Positions 36,772 through 45,577 of a stretch of 52,687 nt of DNA are shown here, one piece after another. The stretch is taken from NCBI GenBank assembly GCA_030950485.1, contig JAUZRK010000018.1, positions 1-52,687 on the forward strand, written 5' to 3'. The notes beneath the pieces were generated by a model that made no database searches, was not told where the DNA came from, and worked only from the letters and a program-made list of their open reading frames with translations. A program made the translations under genes and the position numbers. Each line of letters begins with the position of its first letter. Positions within the stretch are counted from its first letter, which is position 1. Source of the DNA: Candidatus Dojkabacteria bacterium. Lineage in GTDB: Bacteria > Patescibacteriota > Dojkabacteria > J137.

Positions 36772-37776
36772 CTAAGCTTCATACATTTTAATATTCTTTA
36801 ATTCTTCTTGAATTCCGTTTCTCTGAGCTTGCCTAAAATTTCTAGGGAAAACATTAGGTGCGTGATGTGGAGCTCCTTGCATATTGACCAATAAAAGGTT
36901 TAGATATTTATTTTGTGCTTGATAAAGATATTTAAATTCAGCTCTATTTGCAACTATGTCCTTATCACTCATATAAATTTCTACCTGGATACCTAAACCT
37001 AATAACTTTTCAAATTCAGCTATTCCATTAAAGCGAGCCGCTTCGATTCCTGCCTGAGTTAGCTTGGCTATTCTATTTGGGTCAAAACCAATACCTACAT
37101 CTGTAAAGAGCAGCGAATATATAGTTTGAAGATATGGCTTTGCAATTGCAGAAAAAGTAAATTTTGGCAATAAGTCATATATAAAACTTCTAACTTGAAC
37201 GCCAACCGGCATTACTAGTTCTACTTTACTAATTTTAATACCTTGATTGACTAATCTAATTGATGTTCCAATAGCAGTAAGCGTTCCTATTGAGTGGCCT
37301 ATGATAATTACCTCTTGATTAGTATTATTTAACTTATTTATCACTTCAACTTGCATATCAAAACATTTTTCAAATCTCAAAGCAACTTCTTCTTGAGTAT
37401 ATTTTTCATTTAGTAGTGTATTAAAGTTCATTTCATCTTGTCCTGGATGCCCAAGAGATACTACAGCTATTTTCTTACCGTCATTCTGTGGATCTCTAAG
37501 CTCTTCTAGGTAAATTTCCTTTGCATATGCAGCTGATGAGTTAAATAAAGCAGCCCCTCCTGGCTTATAGTAAACAATCTTATCAAACTTTGATAAGGCA
37601 TCTATTTTTTCTTCTAAACCTAAGTTGCTATATTCTTCGAGCCCAAAAACTCCTATTGTCACCTTTCTTCCACTAACTATGATATCTAAATGCTCTTGCT
37701 CGTTATTAGCAGATTCAATTAGGTCTTTTTCTTCACTCATAGCTTCAGCGTCATAGCTTGGTTCAAAATCTATCAT
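36772..37776 (-). CDS. Alpha/beta hydrolase
   Basis: Nucleophile elbow VIIIGHSIGTLTA (GxSxG). Candidate Asp in SDKDIV and His in GAPHHAP near the C-terminus. Confidence 0.55.
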   Translation of the reverse strand: MIDFEPSYDAEAMSEEKDLIESANNEQEHLDIIVSGRKVTIGVFGLEEYSNLGLEEKIDALSKFDKIVYYKPGGAALFNSSAAYAKEIYLEELRDPQNDGKKIAVVSLGHPGQDEMNFNTLLNEKYTQEEVALRFEKCFDMQVEVINKLNNTNQEVIIIGHSIGTLTAIGTSIRLVNQGIKISKVELVMPVGVQVRSFIYDLLPKFTFSAIAKPYLQTIYSLLFTDVGIGFDPNRIAKLTQAGIEAARFNGIAEFEKLLGLGIQVEIYMSDKDIVANRAEFKYLYQAQNKYLNLLLVNMQGAPHHAPNVFPRNFRQAQRNGIQEELKNIKMYEA

Positions 37777-37847
37777 TCTAGTTATTATTAGTTGGTAACT
37801 TAAATTTAGGCTATGATATTATCACGTAATGTTACACTTATACAAAA

Positions 37848-38558
37848 ATGAGTTTAAATCATATCCAAAATCAAATTCTTTCTAAACTTACTGTTTCTGA
37901 AGAGGGGCTGAGTTACACTATGTTAATCCCTGAAAATACAGCGAAAGATCTTTTTAATTACCATTTAAAATTTTTATTAGAGAAGAAATATATTTTAAAA
38001 AGTAATGATAAAAATTATTTTCTAACTGATGTTGGAAAAAGTTATGTTCAGCGAATGGATGTTAAGGGGGATTATAAAAAATACTTTAAATTCTCTGTTT
38101 TACCTTACGTAACTAAAGAAGAAAATGGGAAGAGATTTTTAATGAGACATAAACGAATTAGGCATCCATATTTTGGAGAAATTACATCAGTATCGGGAAA
38201 AGTTAAGTGGGGAGAGAAAATTGCAGAGGCTGCTTCTAGAAAAATTGAGGAAGAAAGTGGATTGATTTGTACAAACTTTTTACACATTGGTGTGTTACGA
38301 TCAATTAGAAGATTTCCAAAAGATAAAGTTTTTCAAGACACTCTTTACCATGTTTGTATTGGTGAAAATCCGGAGGGTAACTTAAAAGAAAAGACTGAAT
38401 TTGGTGAAAATTCATGGATGAGTTTTGACGAGGCAATTAAAAATGCAAAAAATAATGTAACCAACTCTAAATATTCAATAGAGATTATAAAAAGGATCAG
38501 AGATAGAAGTTTTGAAATGTTTTATTTTGAGGAGGATATTGAATTGGAGCATTTATAG
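37848..38558 (+). CDS. Winged-helix plus NUDIX hydrolase fusion protein
   Basis: N-terminal wHTH-like region (IQNQILSKLTVSEEGLSYTML...FLLEKKYILK). Nudix box GKVKWGEKIAEAASRKIEEESGL (Gx5Ex7REUxEExGU). Confidence 0.6.
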   Translation: MSLNHIQNQILSKLTVSEEGLSYTMLIPENTAKDLFNYHLKFLLEKKYILKSNDKNYFLTDVGKSYVQRMDVKGDYKKYFKFSVLPYVTKEENGKRFLMRHKRIRHPYFGEITSVSGKVKWGEKIAEAASRKIEEESGLICTNFLHIGVLRSIRRFPKDKVFQDTLYHVCIGENPEGNLKEKTEFGENSWMSFDEAIKNAKNNVTNSKYSIEIIKRIRDRSFEMFYFEEDIELEHL

Positions 38559-38632
38559 ATAATTTATCTATGATGAAAGATCAAATAAATCTATTATTGA
38601 CAGATTATTAGCATAGATTGTACAATGGCGCC

Positions 38633-39403
38633 ATGATAGATGGAGCAAAAGAAAACACTTCCACAGAGGAAAGATACTTTGCGACAAGTTCTAATACTGA
38701 AAATTTAGTAGGTTCACTTAGAGAAGCTGGTTAGGAAGTTCGAAATGAAAGTGATATTTTTACAATTTACTTAGTAAATTCAGAAGGTAAATGGAGTCGA
38801 AGTACTAGGGTACGAGGAACGGAAATTCATACTATAGGCGATTTACGAAATGCAGTTGCTCAGTCAACTCTAATGTCTAAAAATATGAATACAAGATCAA
38901 AGGTGCAAAAAGATGTCAGAATATGTGACTTTTTTAATGGAGATTTAGATGAGGAAACAATATATTTTATTAGAGAAAATCTATTTGTACTTAAATTAAT
39001 AGATATAGAAGGAATAGCATTATCTGATATTCAGTTTGCTGTTTCTTCTAATAGGCAATATTTACTTCCTAAAGAAGCTATTACAGATGGTAACGATCTA
39101 CCAAGAATCACCATTGATACTTCTTATACTCTATCAGTCTATAAAGAAGCAAAGCTAGTTGCTGAAATACCATTTAACTGGGTTAAGATTGAACTAAAAT
39201 ATCAAGACGATGATTCTGCAAGTGATTTAACTTTCTCTGATAAAAGAGTAGAAAAAGTACGAGAACTTTTTTCCGGTAATAATATTAGATTAATTGATGC
39301 TGATTTTATTGCTTGGCAAATTGAGTTAATATTGAATGAGCAATTAGAAAAAATAAATATTGATCTTGCTTTGGAAGATAAATATAGCATTCAAGAATTA
39401 TAA
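38633..39403 (+). CDS. Hypothetical protein; the annotated ORF 38873..39403 is preceded by 80 in-frame codons containing one TAG
   Basis: The ATG at 38633 opens MIDGAKENTSTEERYFATSSNTENLVGSLREAG, then a TAG (38732-38734). EVRNESDIFTIYLVNSEGKWS... then runs uninterrupted into the ATG at 38873. The stop overlaps the next start (TAATG). Confidence 0.4.
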
Positions 39404-39999
39404 TGATAGAAATAGAAAGAAGATACTTACTAAAAAAAGATGCTTTAGATTTACTTTTTAAAGAGAATGATCTAACAGGTAACCAATCAGATAGCTCTAT
39501 CAATATATATTTACTTGATAACCCTGAAGTACCATTACAAATTAGGACTCGAGGCGGGGAATGGAAATTTGCTTTGAAAAAAAAAGTAAATAATGACACT
39601 TACATAGAATCACAAGTAAAAATTGAAGAAAAAGATCTTTTAGAATTTCTACGAATAGCCTTCATATTAGAGTATAAGAAGTGCATGGTGTTAAGAAAAA
39701 ATAGAAGAACTTTTCATATTGGTGATTTAAAGTTAGATATAGATCTTTATATTGATATTGAACTATATGTATTAGAAATAGAATATACTGGAAAATCTGA
39801 GGTGCCTGAAGTAACTGAAAAAATAATTAATGGATTTGAAAAAAATAATAAATTATCTTCATATAGGGCGGAAGATTTACAGAAATTAAAAGAGTCTATA
39901 TTTGAAAATAAACTAATTAAAAGGTTTGAACTTCGAAATTTTAATGACATTGAAGAATTATACAAATTTGCTAATAGCTATAAAACTACCACTGAATAA
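39403..39999 (+). CDS. CYTH domain protein (second copy)
   Basis: Starts MIEIERRYLLKK, the hallmark EIERKFL of CYTH enzymes. Later LQIRTRGGEWKFALKKK and YVLEIEY strands. Confidence 0.65.
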   Translation: MIEIERRYLLKKDALDLLFKENDLTGNQSDSSINIYLLDNPEVPLQIRTRGGEWKFALKKKVNNDTYIESQVKIEEKDLLEFLRIAFILEYKKCMVLRKNRRTFHIGDLKLDIDLYIDIELYVLEIEYTGKSEVPEVTEKIINGFEKNNKLSSYRAEDLQKLKESIFENKLIKRFELRNFNDIEELYKFANSYKTTTE

Positions 40000-40648
40000 T
40001 CTCAATCCCCTTACTATCTAAATATTCATTAGTCTTACCAAAAGGTCTTGAACCGAAAAATCCTTTATTTGCTGAGAAAGGAGATGGATGAGGAGATTCA
40101 ATTACCATATGTTTTGTCCTATCAATAGAATTACCTTTATCTTGGGCGTACTTTCCCCAAAGTATAAATACAAGATTCTCTTTTTTATCATTTAAGACAT
40201 TTATAACTGAATCGCTAAATTCCTCCCATCCTTTTTTCTGATGAGATCCTGGAGTTCCTTTTTGTACAGTTAATGTTGAATTTAATAGTAAAACTCCTTG
40301 ATTTGCCCATCTTGTAATATCAGGGTTGGTTGAGATTTCAATACCTAGATCTAAATAAAGTTCTTTATAAATATTTTGGAGTGAGGGAGGTACTCTATTT
40401 CCTTCTTTAGCTGCAAATGCTAGTCCATTAGCTACTCCTGGAGTATGGTATGGATCTTGTCCTAAGATTACAACTTTAACTTTTTCAAATGGTGTTGCAT
40501 TAAATGCATTAAAAATCTGGGGACCTGGTGGAAATATAGTTTTAGTTTTATATTCTTCTTTAACGAAACTAATTAGTTCTTTGAAGTATTGTTTTTCAAA
40601 TTCCTCTTTAAGCTCATTTTCCCAAGATTCGTGAATGTCTATGCTCAT
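39986..40648 (-). CDS. ung: Uracil-DNA glycosylase (family 1)
   Basis: VILGQDPYHTPG, GVLLLNSTLTV and ESPHPSPFSA motifs. Ends ..IEIIQW. Overlaps the convergent CYTH gene by 14 nt. Confidence 0.92.
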   Translation of the reverse strand: MSIDIHESWENELKEEFEKQYFKELISFVKEEYKTKTIFPPGPQIFNAFNATPFEKVKVVILGQDPYHTPGVANGLAFAAKEGNRVPPSLQNIYKELYLDLGIEISTNPDITRWANQGVLLLNSTLTVQKGTPGSHQKKGWEEFSDSVINVLNDKKENLVFILWGKYAQDKGNSIDRTKHMVIESPHPSPFSANKGFFGSRPFGKTNEYLDSKGIEIIQW

Positions 40649-40715
40649 ATATAGATTGTAGCAAAAAAATGAAGGTATACGAAGTGAGGAATTAAATTTA
40701 TTAGGAAAGGGTGCA

Positions 40716-40765
40716 GGTAGTAACTAAGTAATTAGTAGTAACTTATTGTAGTTACTATAAATTAC
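40716..40765 (+). repeat. AT-rich tagtaac-word repeat (family 5), copy upstream of greA
   Basis: ggtagtaactaagtaattagtagtaacttattgtagttactataaattac is about 90% identical to 41371-41420. Related copies lie at 47731-47780 and 49278-49320. Confidence 0.8.
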
Positions 40766-40834
40766 GTTTTTATCTTTATTCCTGGTTAGTATTTCCTAAC
40801 TATTTTGTAATTACTCACCCTGCTACACTCATTC

Positions 40835-41293
40835 ATGGCTAAATATAAAATCACAAAACAGAAACTCAAGGAATTGGAAAACGAGTTAGAAGAGCGTGTT
40901 AATAATCGTAGTGAGATTAAGAGTGAGCTAATGTATGCTGCAGAACAGGGAGATTTCGTAAGAGAGAATTTCCCTTATGATGCTGCTAAAGAAAAGTATG
41001 GTTTTAATGAAAATCGAATTGAAAGGATTAAGAATATACTAAAGGATTATGAAATTTAAAATGATCAAAGAAGTAATGATGTCGTAAGAATTGGGAGTAA
41101 GGTATTAGTACTGATTAATGATAAAAAGAGAGAGTTCCAATTGGTTTCTGATATTGAGGTTAATTCGAGGGAGGGGAAGATTTCGGTTAATTCTCCAACT
41201 GGTTTATCTTTGATTAAAAAACAAGTTAAAGATGACGGGTGGTTTGAGGTGAATGATAAGAAAATTGGATTTAGGGTTTTGGAGATAGGGTGA
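40835..41293 (+). CDS. greA: Transcription elongation factor GreA with an in-frame TAA (41057-41059) at the interdomain linker
   Basis: The N-terminal coiled coil (LKELENELEERV...AAEQGDFVRENFPYDAAKEKYGFNENRIERIKNIL) ends YEI-TAA. The same frame continues NDQRSNDVVRIGSKVLVLINDKKREFQLVSDIEVNSREGKISVNSPTGLSLIKKQVKDDGWFEV..EIG-TGA, a typical GreA C-terminal domain. With the TAA counted as one residue, total length is 152 aa. Confidence 0.85.
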
Positions 41294-41370
41294 TTGATTG
41301 GAAGTAGTGCAGGGCAGTTTCTGTGTCATGAGAATGTTTTTGAGCACTGTATAATCTTATAACTGTAGAG

Positions 41371-41420
41371 AGGTAGTAACTAAGTAATTAAGTAACTTAT
41401 TGTAATTACTATGAATTACT
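41371..41420 (+). repeat. AT-rich tagtaac-word repeat (family 5), copy downstream of greA
   Basis: aggtagtaactaagtaattaagtaacttattgtaattactatgaattac is a direct repeat of 40716-40765. Confidence 0.8.
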
Positions 41421-41454
41421 AAGGTATAAAAATTACGATGGTTATATAAGTGTA

Positions 41455-42297
41455 TTAATGAATGTTATTGATTCGAGGCACATAATACTCACACCTTAAC
41501 TCTTCTCTAAACCCGTTCTTTATTACACTTTCCCTAGATGCACCACGTTGTCCTGTAATTACATAAACCCTTGAAATTCCAAGATCCTCAGCTTTATCAA
41601 CTCTATGTTCTACCATCGCTGTATGGATTCCTTTACGTCTGAATTCACTATGGACCCCTGAATTTGTTAGATAAGCTATATCAAGTTTTTTTGAATATAT
41701 GCAGGCTGCGTAACTTACGGCTTTATTATTTATATATCCTAGAACTATGTAGACTTCTTGTTCTAGATCGTTATTATTACTAGCATTAAACATTAATTCA
41801 GCAAATTCAGAAGCTACCTTAAGTCCATTCTCATTTCCATGAATAGTATCAACTAAGTATTTATAACTTTCAAAATTATCAATTGAAACTTTTTTAAATT
41901 CAAGATTTGGAATAAAATTTTTTATTTTAGACTCTGTTAAGTCTTTTTTGATTAAATGTTTAACCATATATGCATCACCACCATTATGTTTTAATCCGAG
42001 AAAATCAGCTTTAGAATCAACTAGATCTTTATCTTCTGAATGAATATAAAAAGCAAAGTCTATTTTTCTACTCTCTAGATTCGCTACTACTGAAGCTAAA
42101 TGATCCCATCCTAAATTATTACAGTCTTTGAGAGGAGCGATTACGTCATACCAATGAAAATTTAATGGAGATAATCCGATAATTAAATCTTTATTTGTAT
42201 ATAGACTTTGATATATTGGGCCAGAATGTAACTTCAAATGCGTTGAAAGCAACTCTCTCTTTTCTTTTTTGGAAGTATTACTTATATCTAAATTCAT
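41455..42297 (-). CDS. GNAT-family N-acetyltransferase with an N-terminal extension
   Basis: C-terminal SGVHSEFRRKGIHTAMVEHRVDKAEDLGISRVYVIT fits GNAT motif A (R/Q-x-x-G-x-G/A). Confidence 0.5.
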   Translation of the reverse strand: MNLDISNTSKKEKRELLSTHLKLHSGPIYQSLYTNKDLIIGLSPLNFHWYDVIAPLKDCNNLGWDHLASVVANLESRKIDFAFYIHSEDKDLVDSKADFLGLKHNGGDAYMVKHLIKKDLTESKIKNFIPNLEFKKVSIDNFESYKYLVDTIHGNENGLKVASEFAELMFNASNNNDLEQEVYIVLGYINNKAVSYAACIYSKKLDIAYLTNSGVHSEFRRKGIHTAMVEHRVDKAEDLGISRVYVITGQRGASRESVIKNGFREELRCEYYVPRINNIH

Positions 42298-42309
42298 TGA
42301 AAGACATAA

Positions 42310-43337
42310 TCATTTCCTAGTCTTCTCCTCAGCCTCTAAAACAATTCTAAACGCATCTTCTAAAGAAGTAGCTGTAAAAGAACAACCAGCAGCATATAAA
42401 TGGCCACCACCACCAGGAAAAGACATAGCAATATCTCTAACTTCTCTTTTCCCAAATTGCGATCTAAAACTTGCACCCCATTGATTTTCAACTCCACATT
42501 CCTTTTTTACTAAAAATCCCCACTCTACTCCTTCTATATTTCTAAGATAAAGATCACTAAAATAATGTTTCGCAAGACCTGCATCTGCTCTATCCTCTTC
42601 AGGTATATCAAGTAGATAAGTATAAGCGAAATTATCTTTATATCTTGTATTTTCAATAAGCTTAATTAAATACTCATTAGCTTTCTTTGTAAGTTTATAA
42701 CTATGTTTCAAAATAGATTTTGGATCAACTTTAGCGTAATCGTAAAGATCTACAAATATTTCATAAGTCTGACTTTTTGGTTTTTCAAACTGGAAATTGT
42801 TAGTGTCTGAAATAACACCTATTTGAATTAGTTCTGCTATATATTTCGAGACTATTAAATCCTCTTTAAAATACCTCTAAAGCCTGTATATATTTCTTCA
42901 GTTGCAGACGCAAGAGCTCTATCTATATGTATGTCTACTCTATGTAATAAATCATTTTGATGATGATCTATTACAAGAATATTGTTATCTTCAATCATTT
43001 TAAAATCAGCATTATCAAAACACCTGCCTAAATCTGAAGCATCGACAATTACTAATGTATCGTACTTATCTAAGAATATCTCATCAAAGCTTTCAATATA
43101 ATTACTTAGAATTTTCTTTAGATCTCTAATACTAGAGATTGGCGTTGAAGGTTTTCCTTCAAGTCGAATATCTATATCTTGAATATTATTATAATGAATA
43201 CTTGCTAGCTCTTTAAATAATAGACAGCTTGCTGCTGCGTCAATATCCGCTCCTTGATGTGAGATTACTAAAATATTAGTAGCTTTCTTTAATGATGAAT
43301 CTAATTTTTCTAATGCAACTTCTATATTATCTTGCAT
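42310..43337 (-). pseudogene. Second NrnA-like DHH/DHHA1 phosphoesterase, split by a 1-nt frameshift
   Basis: ORF 42855..43337 carries DIDAAAS and VIDHHQN and ends ..FRGILKRI*. The frame of ORF 42310..42711 (GGGGH) is open upstream to 42870 and reads ..EDLIVSKYIAELIQIGVISDTNN.., colinear with the intact paralogue (FREVLNKDLVITELQAKLIQIGIISDSAG). The switch lies at the T3A4 run 42865-42871. Confidence 0.75.
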
Positions 43338-44376
43338 CTAATTTTTTTATAACATTTAAGACTGTGTCTACAGCTTTTAATGAACTTGGTGCTTCTACAT
43401 AACAAGCTGCAGCTAAAGTATGCCCTCCTCCATTAAATTCTTCAGCAATTTCTTTAACATCTTTGTTTCCGTGTAGTGTTCTAAAACTTACATACCATTT
43501 TTTAGATGTATCATTAAATCGTTCACTTGATGAATTTCTTACAACGAATCCCCAGTTTACTCCTTCTAATGGTTTTAAATATACATCAGTAAAATATCTT
43601 CTAGCAAGATTTATACCCTCTTCATTTTTAACTTCTGCAAGCTCATCTGAGATATATGTATAACAAAAGCCATCTCTATACTTTAGATTTCCAACAAAAT
43701 TTATAAAAAATTCATTTGCTTCTCTTGGAATCATATAACTATTGATTACTATTCCTTGAGGATCTACATTTGCAAAATCTCTAAATTCCGCCATTATTTT
43801 ATATGTATTCTTATTTACTCTTTCAGTTATTAAGCCAGCGGAGTCAGAAATTATTCCTATTTGAATAAGTTTTGCTTGTAGCTCAGTTATTACTAAATCT
43901 TTATTTAATACTTCTCTAAAGTCTAAATATATTTGTTGAGTTGCGGCTGGAGCTAGATCGTTTATATATAAATCAAGTTTATGTAGTGGGGTCTGGTCGT
44001 GATGATCAATAACTACTATTCTTGTATCATTTAATTCATCTATATTTATACTTGCAAAACAATTCAATAAATCTGCAGCGTCAATTACAAAAATCGAATC
44101 ATAGGTTTTTAGTTTTAAATCATTCTTATCTTCTACTATATATTTTTCTATCTCGCTTAATTCTTCAATATATTTAACATGTTTTGAAAGAGGCTTAAGA
44201 ACTTTAATATCGATTTTCTTAATATTCTTGTAGTGATTTTCTATTATAGATTTAAATAATAAGATGCTTGCAGCTGCGTCTATATCTATATTTGGATGCG
44301 TAGTTAGTAAAATCTCTTCTGAAGATTTTAGTATTGAGTTTAGTTTCTCTAGTTTTAATTTATGGTAATCATTCAT
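43327..44376 (-). CDS. nrnA: NrnA-like DHH/DHHA1 phosphoesterase (nanoRNase/pAp phosphatase family)
   Basis: DIDAAAS, VVIDHHDQ and the DHHA1 motif GGGHTLAA. 349 aa. Confidence 0.7.
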   Translation of the reverse strand: MNDYHKLKLEKLNSILKSSEEILLTTHPNIDIDAAASILLFKSIIENHYKNIKKIDIKVLKPLSKHVKYIEELSEIEKYIVEDKNDLKLKTYDSIFVIDAADLLNCFASINIDELNDTRIVVIDHHDQTPLHKLDLYINDLAPAATQQIYLDFREVLNKDLVITELQAKLIQIGIISDSAGLITERVNKNTYKIMAEFRDFANVDPQGIVINSYMIPREANEFFINFVGNLKYRDGFCYTYISDELAEVKNEEGINLARRYFTDVYLKPLEGVNWGFVVRNSSSERFNDTSKKWYVSFRTLHGNKDVKEIAEEFNGGGHTLAAACYVEAPSSLKAVDTVLNVIKKLDAR

Positions 44377-44448
44377 CTGTAGAAATTATAGCAGTATCTG
44401 GCAGGAAGCTGAAAAGTTTGCTATGATCCGATTGATTAAAAATAAAAC

Positions 44449-44898
44449 ATGTCAAATATATTAGTAGCACATAATAATCCCCAAGTTGCAACGGCTATAG
44501 CACTAGCTTGTAAGGAAGTTGGAACAGTTAAAGTAGGAAATAATTTGGTTTCTGATGAAGTCTTTATACTTGATCATAGGAGGATGTGGCAGGGACACTT
44601 AGAATGCAGACGTATAGATGATGAAGAGGCTAAATTATCTAGTTTAGTAAATATCACACCTGAATTGGATTTACTTATTATTGATCATAACATTATACAA
44701 GTTCTAAACACTAAGGAAAGTCTTCAGAAACTCCTAGAAGCAAATGGCTTTAAAGGAGGCATCATACCGAAAGATTTAGAAAGGGTAGTAGATAATTCAG
44801 ATGATATTATAGAAATACATCATACTAGATTGGGTAAAATGATTGATGATTCACTTTCTCCTAATGATAATGAGCTAACAGAAATAAGTACAGATTAG
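44449..44898 (+). CDS. Stand-alone receiver-like (CheY-fold) protein, atypical
   Basis: NILVAHNN start strand and a LDLLIIDHNI central strand with Asp. No output domain. Weak similarity only. Confidence 0.35.
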   Translation: MSNILVAHNNPQVATAIALACKEVGTVKVGNNLVSDEVFILDHRRMWQGHLECRRIDDEEAKLSSLVNITPELDLLIIDHNIIQVLNTKESLQKLLEANGFKGGIIPKDLERVVDNSDDIIEIHHTRLGKMIDDSLSPNDNELTEISTD

Positions 44899-44953
44899 TT
44901 AGTATCTAAAAGCTTAGTCTGTTAAAATTTTTGTAATAATATACTAAACATAT

Positions 44954-45409
44954 ATGTCAAAAATTCTAATAGTAAACGACACTACGGCTACAATAGATGC
45001 ACTTAAAAATGGACTTATTAAGATGGATATTGCCCCTACTGACGTACTAATAATGAATACTCGAAATTGTGTAGAAATCTCAGAAGATACTGGTGAATTA
45101 GTTTTAAGTGCGGTTGATGCGAACGGAGTAATTGCTGATCTTACATCTATAGATGTGGTTATTACTAATCATTTTCAACATGGACTAGACATTACAGGTA
45201 GAGAAATAGTAAGTTATATAAAAATGGAAAGTCCTGATATTAAAGTAGTTGGTATTAGTAACTTTAGAGAGCTCCAAGAAGGAGAGATTCCTTATACTGA
45301 CCACTATTACGGTTCAGAAAGTAAATCCAGAATAATTTCTAAAAAAGCAGATGATACATCTGAACTAGTAGGTCAGAATCATTCGAAACCTCAAATTTTC
45401 CAAACATAG
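44954..45409 (+). CDS. Stand-alone pseudo-receiver (phospho-acceptor Asp replaced by Asn)
   Basis: KILIVNDT (DD pocket reads ND), IDVVITNHFQHGLDITGREIVSYIK (acceptor position reads N), KVVGISN. No output domain. Confidence 0.4.
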   Translation: MSKILIVNDTTATIDALKNGLIKMDIAPTDVLIMNTRNCVEISEDTGELVLSAVDANGVIADLTSIDVVITNHFQHGLDITGREIVSYIKMESPDIKVVGISNFRELQEGEIPYTDHYYGSESKSRIISKKADDTSELVGQNHSKPQIFQT

Positions 45410-45577
45410 ATCTAAATAGCGGAGCTGGCCTAACATTAGGTATTGACTCTTCTGAACTTAGTGATTATCAAATGACTATGTCTAAGATAAATAAATTCCT
45501 AATTAATTTAGGTGTAAGAAAAGATTTAAGATCTAATTCTGATATTTTTGTAGGATCTGCTGCTTAATTTATATATA

